In this document: piece after piece, positions 1 through 10,134 of the stretch
Layout: each line of letters opens with the position of its first letter
How positions within the stretch are numbered: position 1 is the stretch's first letter
Assembly (NCBI GenBank): GCA_030698495.1
Contig: JAUYKA010000008.1
Location: 78,895 to 142,894, forward strand
DNA: 64,000 bases
Origin: a bacterium
GTDB lineage: Bacteria > Patescibacteriota > Andersenbacteria > UBA10190
Direction: 5' to 3'
Notes under the pieces: generated by a model
Told to the model about the DNA's origin: nothing
The model's input: the letters and a program-made list of their open reading frames with translations, nothing else
Databases searched by the model: none
Translations under genes and position numbers: made by a program

Positions 1-1155
1 AATCAGATACAGCCCCAAGGAGGGGCTTATTAATAACATGGCTATCGTTATATACAGCGGTACGGCTGGTCGGCCGGCACCGGCGGCGATGTTGGCCAGC
101 AGCATATAAAAGGATAAGCCGCCCAGACCAATCATTAAGACAGTCAAAACAGGGGCTGCCGGTATGTAGGTGGAGGAAAAAAAGATGATAATGAGTGATT
201 TACTAGTGGCGGCAGCCAAAGCAACGCTGGGTACAATTAAGGCGATTAAATAGCGGATAGTATCGCTTATAAACGAAGCGGCTTTGTCGTGAGCAGCGCC
301 GGGTTTGGTTAGTTTGGCAACACTGGGTAATAAGATAAAACCAAGCGCCTGGAGCATGGTGAAGGAAATACGGGACAAGGTAACAGCGGCGTTGTAATAG
401 CCGGCGCTGGTGTCACTATGCAGGATCGCTTTTACCATGAATAAATCCAAACTGATCAGAATTTGCAGTCCGACTAAAATTAACACATAGACACCGGCAA
501 AAGACAGAAACTTTTTTACCGGCAGAAGTTTGTTTTTGTGACCGCCGATATTGCGAGTGGAATACCAGCCGACCACTCCCGCGGCGATGCCGCCCAGCAT
601 AAACCCGGCAAATGCCCCGTATACGTAGATGAAGTAGATTAAAGTCAGGGCGCTGACAAGTTTTACTATAGCGTAAAAAATTGTCAGTAAGGCTTGACGA
701 TTAAACAGGTGCATGCCGCTGAAAAATTGGTTGAATATCGGATAAAAAGCCTGGGAGAAGATGACAAACGCCACAAACATAAAATACGGCGTCAGTGAAG
801 AATCTTGCAAAAGCCAAGCGATAACGGAGCTGGCGAAGAAAACCAGCACAGTTATAAGAATGGCGGCATACGCTTGCAGTCGGAGTCCCTGACGCAGTAT
901 CGATTGGGCATGCATTTCGTCTTGGGCGGCGTAGCGCGATATAGCAACGGGAATACCAAGTGTCAGAAATAAGCTGAATATTGTTTGAACTGACAGGACA
1001 ACGCCATAAATACCGTAAGGTCCGGGGCCGAGGACGCGGCCAATCCAAAGATGGGTAACATAGCCCAAAATCAGCACGACCGCTTGAGCCGTCACAAGAG
1101 ATAGAGCGCCGCTGATGCGCGATTGCGGCTTTGTTGTTGTTGCGGCAGTGGCCAT
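1..1155 (-). CDS. Oligosaccharide flippase (Wzx/RfbX, MOP superfamily), truncated by window edge
   Basis: Not in ORF track; hand-translated from ATG at 1155: MATAATTTKPQSRISGALSLVTAQAVVLILGYVTHLWIGRVLGPGPYGIYGVVLS...DLFMVKAILHSDTSAGYYNAAVTLSR; 'R-LGP--YG' and 'AGYY--A' flippase motifs, many TM segments, frame still open at position 1. Confidence 0.85.
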   Translation of the reverse strand, partial: MATAATTTKPQSRISGALSLVTAQAVVLILGYVTHLWIGRVLGPGPYGIYGVVLSVQTIFSLFLTLGIPVAISRYAAQDEMHAQSILRQGLRLQAYAAILITVLVFFASSVIAWLLQDSSLTPYFMFVAFVIFSQAFYPIFNQFFSGMHLFNRQALLTIFYAIVKLVSALTLIYFIYVYGAFAGFMLGGIAAGVVGWYSTRNIGGHKNKLLPVKKFLSFAGVYVLILVGLQILISLDLFMVKAILHSDTSAGYYNAAVTLSRISFTMLQALGFILLPSVAKLTKPGAAHDKAASFISDTIRYLIALIVPSVALAAATSKSLIIIFFSSTYIPAAPVLTVLMIGLGGLSFYMLLANIAAGAGRPAVPLYITIAMLLISPSLGLYLI

Positions 1156-1167
1156 ATTTCTAAGATA

Positions 1168-3492
1168 TTAAGGCGTACGCGCCTGGCCCAGAGCTATGAG
1201 ATCGATAGCGATAGCAGCCTGGTCGGAGTTGATAATATTAAAAGTAATAAACCCCTGATTATCTATGGGAGCATCAATGGAATTGATTAGGATAGTGGTA
1301 CTATCTGTCGGCAAAGTCAATGACCGGCCGGTGGGGGTATCAATGGACAGATGAGACGAGGCTGACTGGAGCTCTACCATTAACTCAAGGTTGGTATCTG
1401 AATAGCCGGTGTTTTCTTTGTCCCAAAGCGCTTGGACGTAGTCGCCGATATTGAAACGAAGCGGTATAACGGGCGCTTTTGTGGAACGAAACGTTAAGCC
1501 GTTTGATTTCTGTGGAGCAGATAATCGGGTGGCACGCAAGCTGGCGGGTAGATGTTCGTACGTGTCTTCATCGTCCCCGATATCGTTGGCAATGGTATTG
1601 GAACGCAAGAGCCAGGTTATGTCATCAGGTTTTAGGTTTGATGTAACCGGAGGGAGATTGGGTATGACCGAGTAAAGAACAGTGTCGTGAGCGGCCATAA
1701 CCGGGGTTAGTATGGGGTTGGCGGCGAAAGCGCTGTCGGATGTACCGGTGATACCTGTCAGCCAGTTGATATTTTGTTTGGCAAGAAGAGATTGAATGAC
1801 GGGAGAGCTGCCCAGGGAAAATATTTTTTCCATATCCAATTGGTTCAGATACAGCTGGTAGCGCAAAGAAGATTGCCCGGCTTCTTGCATTTGTCTTTGC
1901 AGGTCGGCAGCAACCCGGCTATACGTTGGGTGTCCAGCTAAAAGCAGCCATGAGGCGGTCCGGCGGTTATAATCATCGGGCAGTATGGCCCCTGGGGTTG
2001 TTTGGCGATGCAGGTAATCAATCAGGCTGGAAATCGCTGGTGTCAGGGTTGAGTTGGTGCGTACCGATAAAGACGGTGTGAATGCCAGGGTCGTTTGCCA
2101 AACGGAAGCGCCAATGATTATGACCGTAGCAACCAGAGCGGTGATGGAGCGCGGCCAATCGCGACGAGAGAAGTTTGACCATAGGCAATACAGGAAAAAA
2201 GCGCCGGTTATACTGAAAAAGAAAGCGGCGTAGAAGAGTGTGCGCACCGGCGGAATGTCGATGAAGAAACGCGGGGCTTGCGAGAGGAAAAGTAATATTA
2301 TGGTACCGGCGGCAAAAGCGATTATCGACAGTTGTTGTTTGGGATGCCGAATAAGAGAAAGCATTACTACCAATCCGGCCAGTCCGGCGCCAAGCCAAAC
2401 AGCGCCCATAATATCGGGGTAATCCGTGATAGCGGGTAGAAGGTTGGCCAGATGCGGGCTAGACGAGAAAAGGTGAGGTATTTTGGACAATAAACCCAGC
2501 CGCCAGCCAACCAGTAAGACAGTGGCGATTACAGTAGAGATAATGGTCCAGAATAGGCGGCCGACACGGTGTTTGATAACGAGATTGATCAAAAGGAGAA
2601 GTGCGGTCGGCAATAAAATAAACGCGCCCAGAAAAAGTGAGAACTGATGACTGACGGCAAGCGCGGCTATTAATAGAAGCGCGAGAATAATATCGGACCA
2701 GCGCCAGCAACGCAAAAGGCGCAGGCCGACGAATAAAAGGCCAAATATAAATACTTCACCAAAAACATTTTGGAAGTGGTAGCCTGGTGTGGCAATGTAG
2801 CGCAGAAAGCGGAAATTAGTCAGCAGCAAAAAGACGGTGGCGGTGGAAACAAAAATAGCCGGCGGGCGGGGAAAAACAGTAATAGCGCACGCAGATGCCA
2901 AGAGAGCGATGGCGAGAGCGACGGCAATTGACGTAAATCCGACGGCGGCTAAGGGCTGGGGCGCAACGCGTATGATTAAAGCCGTGAACGCGTGCAATCC
3001 GGGAGTATAAAAATCAATCGGATCCCGATGTAGCTGCTTAATCGATGAGGAATAATCGGGAAGATGATGATTGATTAGTATCTGTTGCCCCCAATAAATA
3101 GCTTTCTGGCTGTCTCCGGTGGGTAAGCCGGCGTAACGGTAGATAAAAAATAATCCGTAACTGAAATACAGCGCGAGAATAGCAGTGATTAGAAAGATTT
3201 GAAGGTATTTTTTTTGAGTCGGCCAGTGGCCGGTTCGGCGCCAGATTCGAGAAGAATGCCTGAAGACCACATAGAGTAAAATCAAGAATGATAAAATAAA
3301 ATACCAGATAGGGTCGAGGCCGGCAGCGACTGCGCCGAGAGTGCCGAGCACGCCTGCAACCAGGCTCCAAAGTAAAACATAGGCAGTTTTAATAATGATC
3401 AAATCACGATGATATATATGCCAAATTATGATTCCGGGCGAGATAAAAAAGTATATCGGCCATAAGGCGGAGATTAAATAAGTGAAGTCCAT
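1168..3492 (-). CDS. Large polytopic membrane protein, probable GT-C-fold glycosyltransferase
   Basis: 774 aa; >12 hydrophobic segments, acidic first-loop motif (PTGDSQK...FYTPGLH), soluble C-terminal domain; in GT/flippase operon. Confidence 0.55.
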   Translation of the reverse strand: MDFTYLISALWPIYFFISPGIIIWHIYHRDLIIIKTAYVLLWSLVAGVLGTLGAVAAGLDPIWYFILSFLILLYVVFRHSSRIWRRTGHWPTQKKYLQIFLITAILALYFSYGLFFIYRYAGLPTGDSQKAIYWGQQILINHHLPDYSSSIKQLHRDPIDFYTPGLHAFTALIIRVAPQPLAAVGFTSIAVALAIALLASACAITVFPRPPAIFVSTATVFLLLTNFRFLRYIATPGYHFQNVFGEVFIFGLLFVGLRLLRCWRWSDIILALLLIAALAVSHQFSLFLGAFILLPTALLLLINLVIKHRVGRLFWTIISTVIATVLLVGWRLGLLSKIPHLFSSSPHLANLLPAITDYPDIMGAVWLGAGLAGLVVMLSLIRHPKQQLSIIAFAAGTIILLFLSQAPRFFIDIPPVRTLFYAAFFFSITGAFFLYCLWSNFSRRDWPRSITALVATVIIIGASVWQTTLAFTPSLSVRTNSTLTPAISSLIDYLHRQTTPGAILPDDYNRRTASWLLLAGHPTYSRVAADLQRQMQEAGQSSLRYQLYLNQLDMEKIFSLGSSPVIQSLLAKQNINWLTGITGTSDSAFAANPILTPVMAAHDTVLYSVIPNLPPVTSNLKPDDITWLLRSNTIANDIGDDEDTYEHLPASLRATRLSAPQKSNGLTFRSTKAPVIPLRFNIGDYVQALWDKENTGYSDTNLELMVELQSASSHLSIDTPTGRSLTLPTDSTTILINSIDAPIDNQGFITFNIINSDQAAIAIDLIALGQARTP

Positions 3493-3501
3493 ATACTATG
3501 C

Positions 3502-4665
3502 TTATTCGGATTTTATATATTTGAGATATCGAGAAGCTAACTTGCTCCAAGTATACATCTTGGCGTAATTTCTCATTGTGTCTATTTCCGCAGCTGATAA
3601 GGGGCGGTTAATGAGCTCGATAATTTTAGTTGCATAGGGCGCGGGGGAGGCAGAGGACGCAAAGAAACGTGAGTGCAGTGATGGTGGAATCAGGTATGCT
3701 CTGATGCCGACATTAGCCGTAACAACCGCGCGGCCGCAGGCGATAGCCAGGGCGACGCGATAACTGCTCTTAGCCCGCTGGGTTATGGAATTATCAATGG
3801 GGTCAATTATAATAGATGTTCTGTTGAGGGCATCGGATAATAAAGAGGGATTAAAACGACCCAGCCAAGTTACGCGGTTGCCTAGATTCTTGGAAGAGAA
3901 CGATTTTTTGAGAGCGGAGGTATCTTCGCCGTCACCGGCAATAATCAGATTCGTGTCGGGAAATTTTTCGCAAACAAGTTTTAAAATTTCAGGTAATTTA
4001 TCGATACGATGTCCGGTACTGACGGAAAGGCTGCCCAGGTAAGCTAATGTTTGGTGTTGGGTGGGGGGCGCGAGCGGCGGTAAGGGATTAACGCCGGTTG
4101 GCAAAAAAACCACTTTATCGGCATGTCCGGAGAATTGGCGGTAATGATCGGCTAGAAAGGGCGTCGCGGCAAATATGACACGGCTCATTTTAATGGCTAA
4201 ACGCTGGGAAGCGTGAAGAACGGCGCGTTCGAGGAATGATGATAGTTTGTTGGAGGTCAGCTCAAAATCGTCAGCATCTAGATAGACACGACAGTGTCTC
4301 ATTGACGGCCATAAACGAGCTAAATATGTGCCAAGAGTGTTGGCGGGAAGCGGCTTGCTGATGATAATAACTCCAGGATTAAGGCGGCATATGATGTAGG
4401 CAGTGCGTAAGGAGGAAGCGGCATTATTGAACAGTAATTTCCAGCCGGATAGTCTGGTTTTCCCCGTGGGCAAACGACGAAACGGGACAACGCCGGCATA
4501 ATGGATATGAATTTTATCTGATGTTTTAATTGGCGGACGAGTGTGATCGCGAAGACCAATATAATGAACTTCGTACGGATCAGTGAGATAGTCGGCTAAA
4601 GGAAGGATACGGCCAACGGCAGTTGAGCCGGTTACATCCTGAGCGGCGACAATGACAAGACGCAT
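3502..4665 (-). CDS. Glycosyltransferase family 4 (GT-B)
   Basis: 387 aa; 'LAYLGSL', 'LIIAGDG', 'VTWLGR', 'ALAIACGRAVVT', 'YTWSKLA'; the EX7E motif is degenerate. Confidence 0.8.
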   Translation of the reverse strand: MRLVIVAAQDVTGSTAVGRILPLADYLTDPYEVHYIGLRDHTRPPIKTSDKIHIHYAGVVPFRRLPTGKTRLSGWKLLFNNAASSLRTAYIICRLNPGVIIISKPLPANTLGTYLARLWPSMRHCRVYLDADDFELTSNKLSSFLERAVLHASQRLAIKMSRVIFAATPFLADHYRQFSGHADKVVFLPTGVNPLPPLAPPTQHQTLAYLGSLSVSTGHRIDKLPEILKLVCEKFPDTNLIIAGDGEDTSALKKSFSSKNLGNRVTWLGRFNPSLLSDALNRTSIIIDPIDNSITQRAKSSYRVALAIACGRAVVTANVGIRAYLIPPSLHSRFFASSASPAPYATKIIELINRPLSAAEIDTMRNYAKMYTWSKLASRYLKYIKSE

Positions 4666-4675
4666 AGTTTAAGAT

Positions 4676-5410
4676 TTAAGATTGGTTAATTTTACGTTCT
4701 TGTTTTTTAATGCGCCTAATGAGTGGCCAAATACGAAAAGCAGATTTTATTAAAGTCCAAGTAGACAACTTGCTGCCGTCCTGCGATGTCCAACGAATTG
4801 GAACATTGGCAACTGAATATTGACGGCGGACGGCACGGTAAGCAATTTCGGTATCAAAAAGCCAGCGGGGTTCTTGTAGGCGGTGAAATAGATCAACAGC
4901 CACATGGCGGCGATATCCCTTGAAACCGCACATAGTGTCAACCTTACCCAAGTGAAATAGCCGCATATATGTCCGGTAAGACCAGCCGCTAAGGCGACGC
5001 AGGGCGGAGTGACGTTGGGTCACGGCGCCGGGCAGCCAGCGGTTACCAACAGCAATATCGTGCGAGGCAAGCGCATTTATCATTTTAGGAAGTTCACCGA
5101 TAGGAGTAGCTCCGTCGGCATCCATGAAAACGATATAATTGCCGCGGGAGGCCGAAACACCGGTTTTGACAGCAGCGCCTTTGCCCAGGTTCACTTTGTG
5201 GGACAAGACACGCATGGGTATGCCAGACTTTTTTAAGCGATCGGGAATAGTTTTGGTTTGATCGGTTGAGCCATCATCAACGATAATTATTTCGCGTATT
5301 TGGTTTTGGTGTCGTTCGTAGTAGTGAATTACATCGCGCAAGAATTTATTGAGGCGTTTTTCTTCGTTATAGGCCGGGATTATAAGAGATATTTTGGGCT
5401 CTTTTAGCAT
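4676..5410 (-). CDS. GT2 polyprenyl/dolichyl-phosphate beta-glucosyltransferase-like
   Basis: 'SLIIPAYNEEKR', 'VDDGSTD', 'NLGKGAAV', 'FMDADGAT', 'DTMCGFK', 'FDTE'; start taken at ATG 5410, 6 nt after TGcTACTCT. Confidence 0.88.
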   Translation of the reverse strand: MLKEPKISLIIPAYNEEKRLNKFLRDVIHYYERHQNQIREIIIVDDGSTDQTKTIPDRLKKSGIPMRVLSHKVNLGKGAAVKTGVSASRGNYIVFMDADGATPIGELPKMINALASHDIAVGNRWLPGAVTQRHSALRRLSGWSYRTYMRLFHLGKVDTMCGFKGYRRHVAVDLFHRLQEPRWLFDTEIAYRAVRRQYSVANVPIRWTSQDGSKLSTWTLIKSAFRIWPLIRRIKKQERKINQS

Positions 5411-5523
5411 GCTCAAAGAGTAGCAAGGACGGCGAGTTCAGTAAATACAGTGTATACAGTAGATACGGCTCAGCGTTGCCTGTTCTTGCGTGTAAATAAT
5501 TTGCCTGTCATTATGAATTTATT

Positions 5524-7311
5524 ATGTGGTTGACAATAATTATTTTAGCTGCCGGATCACTGGCGGCGGCAGGTGTTTTATTTAAGCAGGAACGGGTGAT
5601 TGTTTGGTTGGCATGTGCCGGCGTTTTAGCGGAAGGCCAATGGATGTTGTTATCGTTAATTAAACGGACATTAGCGCCCGGCATTAACGAAGAGTGGTTC
5701 TTTTTGGCTGGTGCTATAGTGCTTACTCTTGTTTGGGGCGCCGGATGGCGGAAATTTAAGTTACCCGTCTTCGGAGTGAATTGGTGGATGAAGGAAGGGG
5801 TGGTATTGTTATTGATCCTTATTACCGGTGCCGGGGCATGGCTAGTATGGTCGGTTAATGGCTGGGATGACGGCCAATGGGTGACACATGGATTTTTAAA
5901 TGGGGATACGACTACTTTCACGGCTCTGGTTCAGCGTTCTTTCGATGAGCCTGGATTAGTGAGCGCCAACCCATTTGCGGCCGGAGAAAATTTGGAATAC
6001 CCGACCGTTTTGCACGGAGCGGTAGCGGATTTCTTATTAAGTATTAAGGCGGAAGGTAAACTGCTTGCTTATCTGAAATGGTTTACCTACGGGCAGATTG
6101 CATTAACAATACCTTGTTTTTTCTTGTTGTTAGATATTTTTAACCCGGAACCGGCGGAAAAGTGGCAGCGCTGGTATAGCTTAGTAAGCAGGCGGGCGGT
6201 TCTTCTGTTGCAGGGAGGAGTAGTCTTGTATGTTATGGCTTTGTCGTGGGACGGATTTGTTTATCCGCAAAGTCATTTCTTTTTAACTGGTCTATACATA
6301 CTGACAGCCTCACTTTTGTTGTCGGCGGAACGACAATCCGGTAGAGCGCAGTTTCTGATGGTTGCAACGGGTAGCGTGACGGCGTTACTGCTATTACTGT
6401 CTAACGCGGTTATGGGCACGGCCGCTGCAGGTTTGGTAATTATATTTTACTTAACGCGCGCCATGGACAAAAAAAGAAGTGTGCCAGAAAGAGCGACGTG
6501 GTTGATTGCGACATTGATTTGGCCGCTGGTATTTATAACAGCTACACCCGGTAATGGTTCTTTCGGCGTACCAGGGTTTTCTTATACGGCAGCTGGCGAC
6601 ATGATAAGATTGGCGCCAATACTGTTTTTGTTATTTGCCGTAGTTTTAGAAAGAATTTCACGCAATACATTAATGAGTAGCTGGGTAATGGGATTATCAT
6701 CGATCGCGTTAATAACATTTGTTTTCTCGACCAGAGATATTGTAGTAGCTAATTCGGCCCGTTTTTTTTACCAGGCTATTTTAGTAGTTTTTCCTTTGTT
6801 AATTTATAGCGTCATTAGGATTTGGTATTGGCTGAAACGAGAGTTGATATTTTCAACACGCTCTGTGGTAGAGACGGTAAGCGGATGGGCTGGGGTAACC
6901 GTGCTGGGGGTTTTAATATTAATGCCGGCGGCGGCAAGCATAGTCAGTGCCCACGATAATCTTCAGCGTAAAGATCAGCAAATTATCAGTAGAGGTCAGG
7001 TTCAGGCAAGTGCATGGCTAAAGAGTCATACGGCAACAGAAGTGGTGTGGCTGGCGCAGCCGAATGAGCCATGGATTATTCCGGCAATGACGGGAAGATC
7101 AATGCTGCGTACCGATTTTTGGCTGTCACCGGAGGATAGTACATTTTCTAGTGTTAAAGCGGCTTTGGCTGGTGATTCTCGCGCGCGTAAAGAGATTTTA
7201 GAAAAAGTTGACTATGTCTGGCTAAACAGGGAGGAAGCAAACAGGTGGGGAGGGACGACGGGGGAAAAGGTCTTTGATGACGGTGATGTTATTATTTACA
7301 AAACCAGGTGA
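5524..7311 (+). CDS. Polytopic membrane protein, probable GT-C-fold glycosyltransferase
   Basis: 595 aa; many TMs, 'NGDTTTF...NPFAAGENLEYPTVLH' loop, short soluble C-terminal domain; architecture parallels 1168..3492. Confidence 0.5.
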   Translation: MWLTIIILAAGSLAAAGVLFKQERVIVWLACAGVLAEGQWMLLSLIKRTLAPGINEEWFFLAGAIVLTLVWGAGWRKFKLPVFGVNWWMKEGVVLLLILITGAGAWLVWSVNGWDDGQWVTHGFLNGDTTTFTALVQRSFDEPGLVSANPFAAGENLEYPTVLHGAVADFLLSIKAEGKLLAYLKWFTYGQIALTIPCFFLLLDIFNPEPAEKWQRWYSLVSRRAVLLLQGGVVLYVMALSWDGFVYPQSHFFLTGLYILTASLLLSAERQSGRAQFLMVATGSVTALLLLLSNAVMGTAAAGLVIIFYLTRAMDKKRSVPERATWLIATLIWPLVFITATPGNGSFGVPGFSYTAAGDMIRLAPILFLLFAVVLERISRNTLMSSWVMGLSSIALITFVFSTRDIVVANSARFFYQAILVVFPLLIYSVIRIWYWLKRELIFSTRSVVETVSGWAGVTVLGVLILMPAAASIVSAHDNLQRKDQQIISRGQVQASAWLKSHTATEVVWLAQPNEPWIIPAMTGRSMLRTDFWLSPEDSTFSSVKAALAGDSRARKEILEKVDYVWLNREEANRWGGTTGEKVFDDGDVIIYKTR

Positions 7312-7916
7312 AGCACTACTGGGACGATTGGGTTGTTGAGACTGACCTTTACGGCGAATTGGACTTGAGTGAGTGTGCTTTAATCAAACAAGCACACGGG
7401 AACAAAATTATTGTTCGTCAAGATATTGATTCCGGTTCAGTGGGTGACGGCATTATAACCACCGGGGAATCGGCGGCTATTTATACGGCCGATTGCTTGC
7501 CGTTGGTATTACTGACCAAACAAATGGCCTTGATTCTTCATGTGAGCCGAAAATCTTTAGTTTGTGGTCTTCTGGAAAAAGCGGCGGAAAAAATAGATGG
7601 TTTGCCCGAGACGGATGTCGCGGCATATATAGGCCCCCATATATGTCGGCGGCATTTTGAGTTCGCCTATCTGGGAGAGGAAGCGAAGAGGTTTACACTA
7701 AAATATCCGGATAGTGTTTATCGCCAAAAGGGTAGCTGGTATTTTAGCTTAAGACGGGCTGTTGGCGGTTACCTGACCGGATTAGGTGTAAGCCGGGTTA
7801 TCGAGGATGGTAGATGTACTTACGAAGAAACCGCGTTAGCTTCTTACAGGCGTTCCGGATGCCTTAAAGGTAAGTCAGTAAAACAGAATATTACAGTGGT
7901 TAAACGACGCTTTTGA
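7308..7916 (+). CDS. YfiH/PgeF family (laccase-domain / purine nucleoside phosphorylase-like) protein
   Basis: 'QAHGNKI', 'TADCLPLVL', 'HVSRK', 'YIGPHIC', 'CTYE...SYRR' match the His-Cys-His YfiH pattern. Confidence 0.85.
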   Translation: MKHYWDDWVVETDLYGELDLSECALIKQAHGNKIIVRQDIDSGSVGDGIITTGESAAIYTADCLPLVLLTKQMALILHVSRKSLVCGLLEKAAEKIDGLPETDVAAYIGPHICRRHFEFAYLGEEAKRFTLKYPDSVYRQKGSWYFSLRRAVGGYLTGLGVSRVIEDGRCTYEETALASYRRSGCLKGKSVKQNITVVKRRF

Positions 7917-8976
7917 TAACCGAGAGGTAATCGTTAATTTTTTGTTGCCAATTAAATTTTCTTAAAGTGAGCTCCCGGATTTGCGGAAATTGATTAATGG
8001 AAGAGAAGTGCCTGGTTAACACCTGAATCCACTGGCTGGCATTGCTAGATTCAATCAGTAGACCGTTTACACCGGACGTAATGGCATCGGTCATGCCTTC
8101 AAGATTAGCGGCGAACACTGGCCGTCGGCAGAGCGCGGCTTCGGCAAGAACAAGGCCGAATCCTTCAACGTTGCTTGGTATTTTAATATTCGGGGCAACA
8201 AATACATCGGCGGTGTTGTAGAGGATGGCTAATTGTTCATTACTTACTCGACCAAGCAATATTACCCGATCGGTCAGTTTTCCATTAGCCGCGGCCTGGC
8301 GGATATTATGTTCTTCTGGTCCGGTACCGGCAATGACATAAAGGTAATTATGATCTAAGCGGGAAAGGACGTTAGCGATAAACCATGCTTGGCCTTTACG
8401 TTTTATTAGGCGGCCGACAGTTAAAATAATTTTTTTATGGGTTAAATCACGACCAAGGAAGTGGGTAAGTTGGCCGCGGGTGATTTGATCGTTATAATAA
8501 CGGTCGCTTATGCCTGGATTAATAACGGTAATGTTTTTATTCACACCGATGCCTGGTAGTAACGAAGCAGTGTATGAGCTTATGGCTATATATGCCGATA
8601 AACGACAAAAAAATAGGTGAAGATAGGCCTGATAGAGAGGGTTTGGATAGGTAATATCTAGACCATGCACGGTTACGATGACGGGTTTATGATAGATTTT
8701 TTTAACTAACCAGCCGGCAAGGGAAAGTAGGGGATCTCCCAGGTGAATAACATCGGCTTGTTTGGCGGTAGTAATTGCGCGAGGCAGACAAAGCAGGGGA
8801 AAGAGCAATCCCAGAAAACGACCGCCTTGGTGACTAATGATTTTGATATTTACTTCGGAAGATCTGGATATGTGATTAATCATCTCCCAGCTCAACCTTT
8901 CCATTCCCCCCGCATGAGGAGAGAAAGATCTGGTAATGAACAATATATGTGTTTTACCGCTTCGTTTTTTGTTCAC
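7900..8976 (-). CDS. Glycosyltransferase family 4
   Basis: 'GGMER', 'TVHGLD', 'VGRLIKRKG', 'EGFGLVLAEA'. Confidence 0.92.
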   Translation of the reverse strand: MNKKRSGKTHILFITRSFSPHAGGMERLSWEMINHISRSSEVNIKIISHQGGRFLGLLFPLLCLPRAITTAKQADVIHLGDPLLSLAGWLVKKIYHKPVIVTVHGLDITYPNPLYQAYLHLFFCRLSAYIAISSYTASLLPGIGVNKNITVINPGISDRYYNDQITRGQLTHFLGRDLTHKKIILTVGRLIKRKGQAWFIANVLSRLDHNYLYVIAGTGPEEHNIRQAAANGKLTDRVILLGRVSNEQLAILYNTADVFVAPNIKIPSNVEGFGLVLAEAALCRRPVFAANLEGMTDAITSGVNGLLIESSNASQWIQVLTRHFSSINQFPQIRELTLRKFNWQQKINDYLSVIKSVV

Positions 8977-10042
8977 GGTAAGCTTCCTTTCTGGTATGGT
9001 ATAGAATCTCTTCGAAAATCATCCGGTTACGGTGCAGCATGTCGGCTAATAGGGATTGGAAGATAAGTAAAAATCCGACGATGATTAATACGCTGGAAAG
9101 TTGAACAAGGGAGCGGTACGGATAAGTTTGCCCGGTATAAATAAAATGAATAAGAAGAAACAGTCCGCCTATAACGCCAATAAGAAAAATAATGAGGCCG
9201 GGCAGGCCGAAAAAATATTGGGGACGATAATCACGAGCGGCGCGAAAAATAATAGTAGCCGCTTTCATACCGTAACGCCAAAGATTAGAGGCTACGCGAG
9301 ATTGGCCGTGTTCTCTTTCTCCTTTTATAATTAGCGGGATTTCCATCATGGCCATGTTTTTAAAGGCGAGATCGATAAAAGTTTCCTGCGTGTATGTAAA
9401 ATGCCCAAAAAGAGTGAGCCTTAGGGCGGCTTCTCGTGAATAAGCCCGAAATCCGCAAGAAACGTCAGTAAGGTTTTTCTTGGTAATAAAATTGATAATC
9501 CTGGTCATCCAGCGGTTGCCCCAGATTTTTATTAACGGCATGTCGGGAGTTGTGCCGGGATCGGCAAATCTGGTCGCGGTTACCAGAGAGGCTTCGCCGT
9601 GTTGGATGGGAGCAATGAGTTTGGGAATATCTTGAGGGTTAAATTGACCGTCGGCGTCCATATTGACAATAATATCGGCACCGTGATAAAGCGCCTCTTT
9701 AAGTCCGGTTTGAAAGGCTGCGCCAACCCCTAAATTATGAGTATGGCGAATAACAAAAGTGCCGGCTTGTTCGGATAAAACGGCTGTCTGGTCGGTTGAT
9801 CCGTCATCGATAACAACTACGTCAATGTCTGATATTCCGCTTAATTTTAGGGGTATGTCGCTGACTACTTTGGCAATTGTTTTTGCCTCGTTTAAGGCGG
9901 GAATTACAACAACCAGTTTGCAGCACTTAGTCTGGTATTCATTCATGGTTTCGTTCATCAGAACACCAGGTTTGGCGTTAAGCGATCGGGGACTTTTAGA
10001 GTCATGAGAGGTGGTTTCGGGGAGATATGGCATTGGATTCAT
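8954..10042 (-). CDS. GT2 (DPM1-like) with two C-terminal TM helices
   Basis: 'VVIPALNEA', 'IDDGSTD', 'NMDADGQF', 'DVSCGFRAYS'; real start may be a downstream Met (about 9958-9946). Confidence 0.88.
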   Translation of the reverse strand: MNPMPYLPETTSHDSKSPRSLNAKPGVLMNETMNEYQTKCCKLVVVIPALNEAKTIAKVVSDIPLKLSGISDIDVVVIDDGSTDQTAVLSEQAGTFVIRHTHNLGVGAAFQTGLKEALYHGADIIVNMDADGQFNPQDIPKLIAPIQHGEASLVTATRFADPGTTPDMPLIKIWGNRWMTRIINFITKKNLTDVSCGFRAYSREAALRLTLFGHFTYTQETFIDLAFKNMAMMEIPLIIKGEREHGQSRVASNLWRYGMKAATIIFRAARDYRPQYFFGLPGLIIFLIGVIGGLFLLIHFIYTGQTYPYRSLVQLSSVLIIVGFLLIFQSLLADMLHRNRMIFEEILYHTRKEAYREQKTKR

Positions 10043-10134
10043 GGTAATACAAAAAACGAATTGATACTATAGCGCGGTAAGAAGACTGATATATATTTGG
10101 GCATTCTGGTGAAGTTTGTTATTATGGGGAGAGT

